A DNA stretch of 63,852 nucleotides, counting the filler, from Perkinsus chesapeaki ATCC PRA-425 (taxonomy: Eukaryota > Protista > Perkinsozoa): NCBI GenBank assembly GCA_013115145.1. It is 10 parts of 10 records of this genome, joined end to end, with 100 filler letters (N's around TTAATTAATTAA, not from the genome) between each part and the next. Parts side by side here need not be neighbours in the genome. Positions count along the whole stretch, not along the records: positions 18,588 to 28,798 come from JAAPAO010000899.1; positions 28,899 to 47,245 come from JAAPAO010000665.1; 8 more parts are not named here. The stretch is one strand, 5' to 3'. Numbering within the stretch: position 1 is the stretch's first letter; each line of letters starts with the position of its first letter. This document shows positions 24,300 through 36,998 of the stretch, piece by piece. The position numbers were made by a program, and so were the translations under genes. The notes below the pieces were generated by a model. That model was not told the origin of the DNA, ran no database searches, and saw only the letters and a program-made list of their open reading frames with translations.

Positions 24300-26485
24300 C
24301 GTGAAGGTGCCGTCTCGATTGCTCCATGACGACGCTACTTTAGCCGCGGCCTCGAACATGGTACGTGCAATGGCATCTGACTTATCGGTGTATTAGAAGA
24401 ATCTATGAAGGTGACGCACTTTCGTGGTTCCTCAAGAAGTTATCTTTCTCCTCAAAAGGAAGCTCATCAATTGCTCGCGAAGAGCGTTCGCCCAAAGGCA
24501 GTAGTGCGCGGGCAAACGAAGGTCGAAGGTCCGAATACCGGCGGACCATCTTCGCTGAGGCATTCGCGTACCTGACAGGACGCAATCACAGAGGACATTC
24601 CCTTTGTTACGAACTCGTGGAATCTCTTTCCTTTACCGAGATCACCGAAATGCAGGAGGGCCTGCATGATAGGCCAATCTGTGGCTGCGTACATGGCCAG
24701 TGGGAGACTGTTCAGGAAGTCGGTCGCAACTGCGGACCATTTCTCGAAATATCTGAACTGACCGATGGCGACATATAATGCAAATTTTGCACGCATTGGT
24801 GATGGAGGCAGAATATTTGGCTTGGCAATGCCAAGTTGGCATTTACATAGATAAAATTATACAATACCAAAGGATGATTAGATTAGATCCCAAACGGGAG
24901 GAGGCGTTCGGTGCCTTACTGAGTGAGTCTGTTTCCCGAAGTAGTGGATTGGACAATTGTCAGGAACACGACCCCACAAAGACACTGTTCGACGGCCTCG
25001 TCTATCCTTTCATTTCCAAGCGTAAACAGGTGCCTGCATTAAACCTCATCATAATACTATAACACACACTCACTCGGTAGCTTGGCCCAGAGCCGATGCA
25101 ACAACCTCATCAACCATGCCCTTCTCCGCTCCATCAGCGAAAGTAACGCCGAGGCCCAAGAGCTCGTGCCAATCAAGATAGCCTGAATGTCTGGTTGAAT
25201 ATAGAAAATGATAACCATACAAAAGATATAATAAGTTGGATACTATTGTGTTAAAGACATAATAAAGAGTTGTGCTCGAACAAACTGCGTAATATGTAGC
25301 CGAGGATGTTCTAGTGGACCTTATTTTCCTCGCTGTTTTCCAGGTACATAATTCCGCTCTCCATAAGTGGCGAAGCAAGGGTACATAATGCACACGATAG
25401 TTTGGCTCATTTGAAGTAGAAATACACGAAGTTTGAACTCTATCGTTTGCTGCTCCACTGACCCGATTTCTGAGGGCAGCATGCTGTCTCCAAGTTTTTC
25501 TTATCAACGCCCATCATCGGCTGGTAATAGTGCAGCAGCTCGAATATTGGCCAACGGGATAAAGCAGTAAAATACCTGGCAGCTTCAGGTGACCCTTCTT
25601 AAGTGTGAAAGCAAGGTTTCCCAGCTAAAGTGAGGCTTAAGGGAAGACATTCCGTGAAGCAAGAGCAGCGGTGCCGCGCAGCGAACACCCAGGACAAGCC
25701 ACGCGCGCTGCAAGGCGGTAATCAAGTTAGTTCAATATGAATGTGAGGCAGCTCATGAAGGGTTTGCTCCTACCAGGGTATCCCTGCAATAGAGTGCTGT
25801 ACAAAATCCCTCCAGTACGCAGTGAGCTCCAAGTCACCACTGTGGGCAGACATGTAGAACTGTAGTATGGCGAGCATCAACACGCCTACCGAATGATAAC
25901 ATGTGAACCCGAACAGTTGTAACAATCTGTCTGAATGATCGGCAGGATGAATCAAGAGGTTACGGAGTTACCAAAAACAGGTCCGATTCAATGGGTGGGA
26001 GCGAAATCATGACAGTAGTGGTACGCCGTACCGATTGGGCATTCTCGCTCCGCTCTTTCCTGCATCTCATCGGTACCAAACACCCAGCCAGCCCAGGTAA
26101 GATTTACTTTCCCCCAAAGAGGCTCTGCTGCCGATTCGTTAAACTGCTCCGCGACGTTGTGAAGGGCATTCCAATTGAGGACCTGCCACAAAGATCTGCC
26201 TTACGGGAGTCGCACAGTCATCCCGCCTGGGGACAGAAAACAGCATTTTTGTGGATACTAAAGACCAAGCATCGTCGACTCTTTCGGTAGAGGGAACCAA
26301 CAATGCGCCGGCTTTGACCTCCCCACCGCTGGATGATTCAGCGCCATCTCGTGAACGCTTACTTCGCTGACTTCGGTGCAATCAAAGTCATAAAAAAGCC
26401 CGAGTTGCTCAGAGCGGAGCTGTATATACCCTGGGCCGCGATTACACAGTCCCAGAAGGAAAAGTATTCGTTGATGGATAACCAT
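24300..26485 (-). CDS. Hypothetical multi-exon lineage-specific protein
   Basis: Series of protein-like exons with GT/AG borders (MVIHQRILFLLGLC..; VLNWNALHNVAEQF..ECPIGTAYHYCHDF; GYHFLYSTRHSGYLDWHELLG; KWSAVATDFLNSLPLAMY). No family assigned; ends approximate. Confidence 0.4.
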
Positions 26486-27306
26486 CGTGACTGGAATCGG
26501 AAAACAATCTAGCAACGAATGGATAATCTATCGTCTTCATCCAACTGAAGACGATCCGAGGAGAACTAGCTGCTGCTGTACGGGGATGTGCTATTCATCG
26601 ATCACCGCCCGCACCATTGTGCATACGTGCACAGCTAATTCCCCTTTGCAGAGCAAGTAAAGTAGGAGGAAGAAGGAGAAGCCTTTATTGACTCTCTTCT
26701 CGCCCTGTGTTTGTCCAAGTGAACGAGTAACAAGCAACTAATAATCCCTCGCTAGTTCAAGTTATCAGTATTTCATCAATATGTAATTCGTAATCATTCC
26801 ATTGAGGCCATTGTTATCGCTCCCTTGTCTATGCGTTCATGCGTGCTCTCCCTTGTCCATCCGAAGCGGAATCACTCCTGGGGAGAGCGAGCTAACCAAC
26901 AAGGAGCCCTTGTCGGGCCCCTTCTCTTTATGAGCGAATGACAAGCCAGAGGAGCGGGCAGAACTCCTATCTTAATCTCTGACTTTCGACTACTGCGGCT
27001 CTATTATATGGCTCCACAAATGAATACTTTTGCCAGTCACGAAAGAAAGATTTCAGTCGTCTTTCTAGATTGATGATGCGGCTCTGATCATCTGAGATAA
27101 GCTTCAGCATTTCCATCTCAATGGGTAAATCGGAGGACTCCCCTCATGTGGTCAAAGATGCCCCCCATTTGGTTCCCATAATTGGATCACACGCATCGAT
27201 GAGATGCGCCAGAAAGACAGAGTTTTCGGTCGCGTGACATTGTTCAATTGGTTGCACACGAAAGCTGTTATCACCCACGTATTTGCTTCAGCAGTACTCC
27301 TCTCTT

Positions 27307-28736
27307 ATGACTTCGCCCTCTCTACCTTCCATCATCGGCCTTGTGCTTTGCGCACACCTAGCGACTTGTGTTGCTATTCCGAAGCTCACGACCGTCTTTA
27401 AAGATCTCAAAACCCAGAAAGGTACGGCGACCGTTGGGAATGCCGCCTTTTAACCGCTATTTGTTCAGGCCTTGAGTACACCCCCGATGAAGAGGCTGAG
27501 CACTTGAGCCGTTTCCAGGAGGAGCTGGATATGCTAACTGAGGCTCAATCGGACGAAGAGCTATCAGTTCTGTTCGATGAGACCAGGCCAGCCATCATGC
27601 AGAGTCTTGTTGACGAAATCAACTTGAAGCAAAACACGTGGACAGCGTCTGTCGACCAGGGCAGATTCAAAGGTAACCCCGAATGAACCCTTATGCGACC
27701 AAAGTGGCTATGGCGTTGTAGGGGCTACCATTCGTGATGCTAAGAGGTTGTGCGGCACTTCCATGGAGATTACAGAGCCCCTCATCCAAGTGGATTACCC
27801 AGAAGAAGATCTAAAGGACTTGCCCGATAGCTTTGACTCTCGCACTGGGTTCGAGGAATGCAGAGACGTTATTGGACACGTCAGGTAGGCGAATAGTGTT
27901 GCTCTGGCCACCTTTATTTTGCTATGATATGCAATCACCACGACTTTTTAGGGACCAGTCGGACTGCGGGAGCTGCTGGGCCTTTGGTGCCACCGAAGCT
28001 TTCAACGACAGAGTGTGCATTAAATCGAATGGAACACAGACAGCGCTGATGTCCCCGGGGGATATGCTGGCCTGTTGCTCCCTATTCAAGCTATGCCTGT
28101 AAGCTGAGACCATCTGTTTCCCTCCGTGAAAGGAATCTTTGCCGTCTCAGGGCCTTCGGCTGCAGCGGTGGCAATCCGTTATCTTCGTGGACGTTCCTTT
28201 ACTCACAAGGCATCGTGACGGGTGAGCAATGCTCCTCACTGAGCAGTCCTGTGAATCGGACTTCATTGCTATTCCAGGTGGTGATTACGTGGCCAAGGAC
28301 AAAATGACTGAGGCTGATGGATGTTGGCCGTATAACTTCCCAAAGTGCGCGCATCACATGAAGAGCTCCGAATACCCAGAATGTGCTAAGGTCATCATTT
28401 CCCTCATGGTGCTACTTATTGTTCTATATTTACCTTAGGATCCGTACTCCACTCCTGAATGCGTGAGCAGCTGTCCCAATACGAAGTACCAAACCTCGTT
28501 CGAGAAGTAGTGACTACATCAAAATGGCCGGCTCGTGTGTTCTCTATTTCAGGGATCGCATCTATACGACCAAGCCGTTACCGGACTATTTCTTTTTCAG
28601 TGAGAGCATCAAGAAAGAGATCATGACCAATGGCCCAGTAAGCCAATGACCGCAACTCAGCCTTGGGTTCGGTGCTTTATTGGGCCAAGAATGGGTTGGA
28701 TGGTATTTCTCTTGAATCAGGTATCTGTTATGATTG
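27307..28736 (+). CDS. Cathepsin B-like cysteine protease, copy 2 (3' exon with catalytic His/Asn not present before the gap)
   Basis: [21 protein letters not shown] signal; LPDSFDSR; [26 protein letters not shown]; GCSGG; CAHH; [10 protein letters not shown]; intron positions match copy 1. After acceptor cag|GTATCT the sequence stops resembling cathepsin. Confidence 0.88.
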
Positions 28737-30259
28737 TAGGCCTTTGGATGCGGCCGGTACGTTCTAAGTTTGTGCTGCTTGATGTCCCATTGTGTTTGNN
28801 NNNNNNNNNNNNNNNNNNNNNNNNNNNNNNNNNNNNNNNNNNTTAATTAATTAANNNNNNNNNNNNNNNNNNNNNNNNNNNNNNNNNNNNNNNNNNNNAT
28901 AGCTAGTGGGGAACAACTTGGAAAGGAGACAAGCTTTGTGTTACACATTTTGCCAATATGATAGTGCAGATGAATGGGAAGCTCCTCAAGCTTCAACAAA
29001 GACATGCTAATAGGTGGTATTTCATGGCCTCTTGGAAAGCCGTAAAGGTGATTGAAAACTTCGATGAGGGCCGCGAAAGAAGATGAGTGCGACTCGCATT
29101 ATGCGAGACGGCTAACTACCGAGAACCCTTTATTGTACCGGAGTATCACACAACCTACATAATACAGAATACTGCACGAGAGAGGATTCCTCAAGCTCTG
29201 AGTTCCTCAAGAAAGCATGGGATACTAGGGATCCGTTGTACTGTGGGAGGATTTGAATGGATAACTGAGGAAACCGAGTAGGGCATCGCTAAGCTTATGC
29301 CACTTGAACGACTCACTGCGCCGATGTTCGCTGAGGTAACGTGAGTGATTAGTAATGAACTACGCAGTGACTTTATTGCCCATCTAGGGATTTTTTCCGC
29401 ATTATCGAGTCATAATGACTCGAAAGGCAATAACCTAGTTATTGGCTTTTCGTCGAGTCGCTCGGCCCGAGTGGCTCGGACACGCGATGATTATAATGGA
29501 AGAGTAGCGAGTTGTGGTTGATCTTCCTCTCGGCTTTAGGCAACGTAAATTTGTGCCTCCAAGCTGACTCTGACTTCTTCACCTAACCACATACTGAGTA
29601 TAAAAGTGTTCTCGACTTATCAGCTGGTATAACGCAGAAGTCGAACTAAAACGTCGCGAGTTTGGCGTTGAATATAGGCCAAGTTAAAGAACCCACACTC
29701 CAGAATACGAGCCTCACCCAGGCATCGCAAACTCCAACCAGAAGCTAAAGGCTAGGCTGTGAGCTAGTGGCATGCATGACAACTAACATAGACAACTCCG
29801 TGATCATCCAAGCCTTGCCTTTTGTGGAAGATTGGCTCGCGAATGAGAGCACCTAATCGACGATACTCAACTGCTAGTTGCAGGATAGTAGATTGCAACT
29901 TTGCGTTTGAGTGGAATGGCCCCTCATGGAGATGCTTCAACTGCGACAAAGGCAATAATTTTTCTTGGACTGAACTAAAATATTGATTCGAACCCAACAC
30001 ACTTCTGTTGTGTTAATAGGACGTCAAGATAGAAGTTATCACGGCCGTGACCGAGATAACTAACTAGGCTAAACCACTACTGACTTGCTAACTTTTCTAT
30101 TCACTGAACATGATAATAAGATGAACGGGCAAACCTGTTCCTTCGCAGACAACTATGATGTGAGTAGTCCACGGGCTGAATGTAATACGACTGACTCAGC
30201 CCATCTTAATAGACAAATAACTTGATAGTATAATAATAGGGGCCGCCTTATACCCTGCC

Positions 30260-32658
30260 TTAAGATACTGTATCCGGCAAACGGGTAAAATAGATACCTT
30301 GGTCGATATGATGAAACTCAGTGTAATGAGTTCGAAAGTACGGCTTGCCCAATATCCAGTAGTTGGTGTTCTTTGGATAAACCTCTGTTGCATTCATTGC
30401 TCCAAATAGTATCCTGCATACATCGCACTGAGTTGTGGAATATGCAGTATAGTCTTCTGGGTACAAGGATATTGTCACTGTAGAAAACAGGTGAGCCATA
30501 TCAAAATTCACAGTAGGCAGGTTCTTGACATCATCACATCGAATATTCCAGCCGGTTATAGCATCATCAACTTCCATTCCTGTGATAAGCTTCCTAAGGG
30601 GGTCAAGTTTAGCGATGAGATCCGCGATAGCCTCTTCGGGACCATAGATGAGATCATAACCACTTAAGAAGGCGATGAACTCAATGTAACCCTTTTGTGC
30701 GAAACTTGCAGAGGTCGTACTAGTAGTCACATAACCTCGTTCACCTATAACCATTGGCCAATCTTTAGCGTCGCGCCAATCAGCAGGGGCATCCGTCATG
30801 GCAACCACTTTCAGTTTCATTTCGCTGAAAGGAGCTATAGTGCTCCCCAAGCTTAGTTCTCCGAGCTTAGAAACTGGGCTCTTGTGTAAATACAGGGCGA
30901 TTACTTTAGAACTATCTACCTCAGAGCCCATCTCGACCAGCTGATTGAGTATGTGCCAACCCCTCGGGCGTCCGACCCCAAGGGCGCTCTCAAAATAAGG
31001 TCTGCGTGACACTCGGGTGACTAAGGCAAACGTAAAGGTTTCCCTCCACGAGCTGAGCTGTATGATACCCTTAGCCTCGACTATCTCTCGAATGTACGAG
31101 TCCGGAGTAATATGGTGATACTTTGCTGTGCCATGGTTACATTTGAAACCCTGGCACTCAACTTCACTGCAGTTGTAACAATTACCATTCGAGCACCAAT
31201 GAGGACTGAGACTCCGGGCGTCGATAATCATCATTTGGTGGAGCGATGTGTCAACTAGAACCTGGACCGATTGGTCATCTATTGACAAAACCGTAGTACC
31301 AGAGTAGTCAACAGCGAGCTTGAATGAACCATAGGTACCAAACGTCTCTGCCAAACGCTCTCTCCGGCTGGCGAAATACAGAAGGTAACTGTCCTTGAAC
31401 GAATCAGGTGAGTAGAGTACCTGCCAAGTCGTAAAATGGTTCCGGAAGAATGGCTGTCCCATAATCATGTAGTGGTCATCGCGGAGCTGATGAGTCTTGG
31501 ACGTCCCAAAAAGCCATTGGCATACACCGGAAGGTCTGTAATAAACGCGGGTGTAGTCTCTCGGTGCAAGGGTCACCCGAGCAAGACCCTTGAACGTCTT
31601 GTATTCATCCTTATATACATCCAATTCAAACTTCGGCAGATCAAGCCTAGAGGGGCAATCGAAAAGGTAACCATGTACCGCATAAGGCACATCAAATTCC
31701 CGTAGCTTAGAACCGATAACATTCAACCATTTGTTGGTGACGTCTCTGAGCCGTCTTAGGTTGTGCTCCGTGAGGTAAATGATTGGAGCGGTCGAATCGA
31801 AGCCCATGACTAGGTTCGAAAGAACGTCACGGTCAGGAGGTGCTGAAAAGGTCCTGACCAGAGCCTTGTATTGCCAAGCTCGGAAGTCCTTGTACTTGGA
31901 GTGGTGCAAATACACGTTGATCGAAGCTCCACTATCAAAGCCGTGGGGAGTATCGACAGCTTTACCAAGAATAAGAGCTCCCGGAGCAGACACACCAGAA
32001 GTTGCAGGGATGATGCTGAATTTTTGCTCAGCCAGAAAAGGGAACAGTGAATGAGAGAAAGTCTCCCAATTTGGGCCACCACCAAGTCCAAGTGCACTAG
32101 CGTAGATATTCATATATCCGACTCCGAAATGGTCGTCATTGTACTTATCATTCATTATTCCATACGGCAAAGTTAGGGTCTTCTCGGAGGTAAGGTTCAC
32201 AGCACCATATCTGTAGTGTGTGCTGTACACAACATGACGGGCATCCGTCCAAGCAGTATAGGTATCAGCCCCGAGACAAGGAGTTTCCCAGGTAGCGCAA
32301 ACATAGCACTCGTCACCTTTACAGGTTGATACCCCAAGATATGAAAGCTCCGGCCTCAGTCTTAGCCTGGAGCCAGCAGTGTCCACAAGTACGTGGAGCC
32401 TCTGCCCTTCGACCGTCAATGGGACACGAAAATTATAATCCATAGGGAGGGTGAAGAGTCCATCGAGCGCTAGCTGTCGATACACATGTCTTCACTGAAG
32501 ACATGTGTATCGACAGCTAGCGCTCGATTTACAGAGGAGTCAGATTTACCAAAGGACGGTTCTGAGTTGGGAGCCTGCATGGACACGGCTATCTGAATAG
32601 ATTCCCATACAACCAGGCAGGCCGTCAGAAGCGTTCTAGTGAGTGGATAGAAGGACAT
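30260..32658 (-). CDS. Secreted tandem double pepsin-like (A1) aspartic protease homolog; signal ORF and body are out of frame unless a 41-nt segment is spliced out
   Basis: Signal-peptide ORF 32658-32470 plus a 741-aa ORF with two pepsin-like units (VLVDTAGS..ALGLG..GALILG..MGFDST..MIMGQPFFR; VLVDTSL..ALGVG..GELSLG..WILGKPYFR). Confidence 0.85.
32462..32528. repeat. Perfect 67-nt palindrome (33-bp arms, 1-nt centre)
   Basis: atcgagcgctagctgtcgatacacatgtcttca-c-tgaagacatgtgtatcgacagctagcgctcgat. Confidence 0.98.
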
Positions 32659-34561
32659 AGGTGACTATAGAGGTAGACAACTGCAGAATATAGCATTCTT
32701 TGGCATTATGGTAAGCAATCAGCAAGAGATAAACGCTTTTATTGGGTTTATGTCTCCCCTCGAAGAACTCAAAGCCAACTGCCCTGTCGCCGGAGCATGA
32801 TTAATGCGGCGTCGAATCGGCTTACAGCTATTCAGTCCTTTCCCACAGGGACGACGCGGATTGTGCTGAAGGGATTCCCCAGTCTCGAAAATACAGAGAT
32901 GTCACATATAGTAAGTTAATCATCATCGCTTGGTTACGTGTGCCAAATTATCTCCCTTCCTCGGTCAGCTTAGAGTGTTAGTGACACTGTGTTACTTCAT
33001 ATGTGACATATATCGATTCAGTTATGGAATCCCGCGTCTTCGCCGTTGGTGATGTGTTAGCTCCCTGCACAGGCAGTCAGTGGATCACTTCATCTTGGCT
33101 CCGGAGCCTCAAGCAGCCTGAGCCAAGCTATGATATAAAACTCTGTATTGCCCGTTTCCTTAACGAATCTTTGGCAAAATCGTTGAATATTGTGTTGAAA
33201 CCTCAGGAATCGTCTTAGCCCTATTATCATTCGGCGGATTGTTCAAAAGTGCATCCACATTCTCGAGGTTTCGTGAATAAACAAATTGGAGGACCCAAGC
33301 AAATGGACACATAATAATACATACACCCACAAACAAATTACCACAAATACCCCTGTTTCGCAGCAACCTGCAGCACCGCAACTCATGCGGAGACGTGTAC
33401 TGTTTTTGTAACGAGCCATTCCCTAGATGTTGCGGCGTCACAGTGTCTAACCCTTCTTGACGAATCGTCAATGACGAGGCCTTTGGGGACTCCAACGATG
33501 ATGCTATCACCAAGGTGGAGGTTTCAACTGACAATATCGGCTACGACGGTTTTATTATTTTACTTTCAGTTGACCAGAGAACGAGCATCCTACAGTTCAA
33601 CAGCTACTTAGCGTATTAGTCCGCCACTTGGCTAGGCATCGTTGGGTTCAGGGAGTGCCTGTCCGGTTCATGTGTGTGTCCGTAAATCTACTGCCCAGAC
33701 CGAACATAATTAAAATTTCACTAGTCACTTAAGTATCATTGTGTTTTCGTCTTGGTACGACTGTTCGAAAATTTTCCGTGGTCATCGCCGTGTATGATAG
33801 CTCAATGCGACTTGGGCCATGTAGCTAAACTATTCCGCTGGCACCACCCGGCCGGCACTGGGAGCCGCTTCCTCACCGATGAGTCCTAATGCTTCCAGTT
33901 CGCAGTGTGCATTCTTGGGGCCGCAGGCTACGTAGCTGGTGCTTGAAGTCTGACGTTGATGAATATCTTCAAGAGTGTGACTGAGCTTTTCATCCGATTA
34001 CTCAGCGGTGTAACTTTGATCAACGCAAGTCTCAAAGCCGAGGTGGGACATTATTAACCGAGTGGATCAGTCTCCAGTATCAGTGCTAATCGATAAGCGA
34101 CACGACTACAACTCAGCCTATCCGGATATACTAGACTGGATGCGGTACTCTCTAGTTTCCATGTTTGGGAAACCAAGAGAGATACATGGTATTTTTAAGA
34201 AAATCTGCGTTGATACTAAATGAGGATTATTAACCCATATCTTGGTGTGCCGAGAAAGAGTCCACCATACATCACCTTCACCGAACACACGGGGTTCACA
34301 ACTTATCGGAAATTACTTGATTAAGATCTTGGAATGGTGAGAATTGTTATACCAGCTATTTTTGAACAAGACGACTAGATGTACTATATTGTAGATCTAT
34401 GAACAATAGTACTTCTCAAGACTAATAAAGCCCCTGCTGAGTTGACCAAGCATAGCGTCGAGGAAGTGTCCCAACTCGTTGCAGAGTGGAAAAGCGTTAT
34501 AGACCAGAACTTGTAGTCTGTTCAGCTTGGTATCACGTGAAATCGGGCCATCCGGATATCT

Positions 34562-36205
34562 CTAGAACGTGACGGGTCCGGCGTTGAATATTGGCCAAGT
34601 CCAAGTCCAATCCACACTCCAGAATAGGACCCACACCCACACTCTGAGATTAAAGAAGGTCTTGAACCTCCAATTGTTGATCTTGTTATTCACCGTGTTG
34701 CCAACAACGTCAACCCACATATCAGAGCCGACGATAACAAGACTTCTTGAGAGTTTAAGATAAGCAGAAGCAGTAACAACATTATGAGGCGCACCCTGTG
34801 CTTCAAAACCTGCTTCGATCATTGCGCTTATAGCGGGAAGTGCTGGCACCTGGATGTTGAAGGATACCGATATCTTAGCCTCACCGCGATAAGTAGCATT
34901 ATCTGGTTGAAGAAGACCGGCACCACTTCCTGTGATACACACGGCGATGTTCAAGTTCGCGAAGGAGACACCCATCTCCCAAACAGTGGCACAACCAGCG
35001 GTATAGAAGAATATATTCAAGACAGATCCTTTACTGGAATAGGCGACGGAGACATTAAGATGTGCGCTGTTCTGCCTTTGGTCTAGATCTTGGAATGCCA
35101 TGAAGAGGTCAAGTGTCAGCGAGGTGTCGTTGTTGTTGTAGTTTACATAAAGGCAATAAGGAGACTTGCTTGTAATGAAATTGGTCGTACATTCTGTTGG
35201 CCATTCGAACTTCGTCGCGCTGTTCGCGCGATATAGGGCCTTGGCTTGAAAGTACTTATAGCTAGCAGTCCCGGGTAGGATCTTAAAGTAGTCGATCCCA
35301 GGAGCAGCCCCGGCAAATCCACGAAGTTGCTTGGGAGGCATCCAGTCAGGGTCCTTCGTATGGCCGTAAAAATCGCGAGTTACTTCCTCAGTGATCGCGG
35401 AATCAACGAAGACGGCTTCTGGCTGGGGGTCTTCCATAGAAGTGCTTGGAGGCTCTTCGTGATTCTCGACGTAGTAGGTCGCATACACCAATTGGAGGGT
35501 ATCATTTGTTGTCGTATTATCATGTAAATCCTCCCAGTGCGTGACTAGCATCCGCGAAAAGAGTTTGTTATTATGTAAAGTATTCGTGGCCAACAACTTT
35601 ACAATTCTAGTGTCATTCTCATTGGTATATAGAGTCCAGGAGTTCGGTATGAGTCCAGTCAGGGCCAAAGCAGTATAGTTCATGCCAGTCTCCGGGTCTG
35701 TACCATTAAGCTTGGCTAGCACCCGCTTATTCAGCGTCTCACCGTCCAGTTGTACAAGTCCATGGTGGACCCAGCCGTGGTCTCCGAGGGTAAGCTCATC
35801 GTTGAAGCCCTTTAGTTGGCCATGATTCCGCGAAGAGTTGAGCCGGGCAGGAAAGGATGTCTTATTGTAGAGTTGTATCATGCGGGAACCGTGAGTTGTA
35901 TGAGCCATCACAACATACTCGTATGGGCGTCCAGGTGAGGCTTCAACCGTCAGTTGTCCATCTTTAGTGAGAAAGATATCTTGGCGAGTAGTCAGCGACT
36001 TGCCATCATCCATTCCAGGAAGTATCATTCCCATAGTCTCCATAGAGCTGGATATATGACATTCAACAGCTTTCTTGTCGGGGCCAACTAAGTCGGGGTT
36101 ACAAAAGCGTGTGAAGGTAGTCTGCATGCGGACATTTCCCATCTTCAGAGCAGATGTACCGGAAGTGTATAGCAGCGCGATGCACAGGACAATCGTAATG
36201 GACAT
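34562..36205 (-). CDS. Intronless secreted protein (about 547 aa) with a lineage-specific beta-rich C-terminal domain
   Basis: Long ORF; signal peptide MSITIVLCIALLYTSGTSA; many N-x-S/T sequons; C-terminal region resembles the 57364-58269 protein. Confidence 0.8.
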   Translation of the reverse strand: MSITIVLCIALLYTSGTSALKMGNVRMQTTFTRFCNPDLVGPDKKAVECHISSSMETMGMILPGMDDGKSLTTRQDIFLTKDGQLTVEASPGRPYEYVVMAHTTHGSRMIQLYNKTSFPARLNSSRNHGQLKGFNDELTLGDHGWVHHGLVQLDGETLNKRVLAKLNGTDPETGMNYTALALTGLIPNSWTLYTNENDTRIVKLLATNTLHNNKLFSRMLVTHWEDLHDNTTTNDTLQLVYATYYVENHEEPPSTSMEDPQPEAVFVDSAITEEVTRDFYGHTKDPDWMPPKQLRGFAGAAPGIDYFKILPGTASYKYFQAKALYRANSATKFEWPTECTTNFITSKSPYCLYVNYNNNDTSLTLDLFMAFQDLDQRQNSAHLNVSVAYSSKGSVLNIFFYTAGCATVWEMGVSFANLNIAVCITGSGAGLLQPDNATYRGEAKISVSFNIQVPALPAISAMIEAGFEAQGAPHNVVTASAYLKLSRSLVIVGSDMWVDVVGNTVNNKINNWRFKTFFNLRVWVWVLFWSVDWTWTWPIFNAGPVTF

Positions 36206-36998
36206 CACAAGAAAGAGATATCAATCTCCAGCGGAAAAACTACATTAAGATTCTTGCCAACTTTACTATCGGGGTCCCACTGCACTATTTGCAATTTCCA
36301 ATGGAGCTGATGGTGCTCCATCATGGAGCATCAGATATGGCCGAGTATGCTTAGGCTTGGCCGCGGACAGGCGCACCGCCTGGCCTTCTACTCTATAGAC
36401 ATCTAGAAATCCCTTGCTTCACACTATCCAAGAGACAATGGTGCTTTGCGTGATGGACGGACCTGTTGGCTGGGAACAGAGGACAGAGGCACTTGACTGC
36501 TAGTGCGCGGCGGGCTGGCGGCCTCCTAGCAGCGCAAGCGGCAGTGGAGCCGGCTCCACCCCTCTGGGAAAGTGCAACAGCAATATGGGAGTTGTCGGCC
36601 ACTTTTCTGAATAACTTCGTTTGTAAGGCTCTTGAAATACTACTAAGCTCATGGTGAGGGAGAGAAGCCAAGAGTAGTGCGCCTTGCGACTTAGGGAACC
36701 AGCATTATGTGACCCTCAACCCGTGAGGTATTGAGACCGTCCTCTGACGGCGTCACGTCTTGAGAATAACCGTTTAAACACGGAATGATGCCGGATGCCT
36801 AATCGTTTAGTTCTCTTCGTGCTGGATTCAGCAGTTGGGTAATAGTACTATGTCACAGTTCATCTGTCCCCCTTTGTGTCCGAAATATGACTCATTGTAC
36901 TGCTATCTTAGCATTATCATCATGATGCTAGTATCTCCAGTCGTATTAATTATTTAATGCTAAATAATTAATCATTACTAACCACTCATATAATTGAT

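Noticed and set aside
1-26485. A cell-wall gene cluster (Cys-rich mucin + chitin synthase + GT77)
   Set aside because: The genes lie on different contig segments separated by artificial spacers and unrelated genes; co-location cannot be supported from this window.
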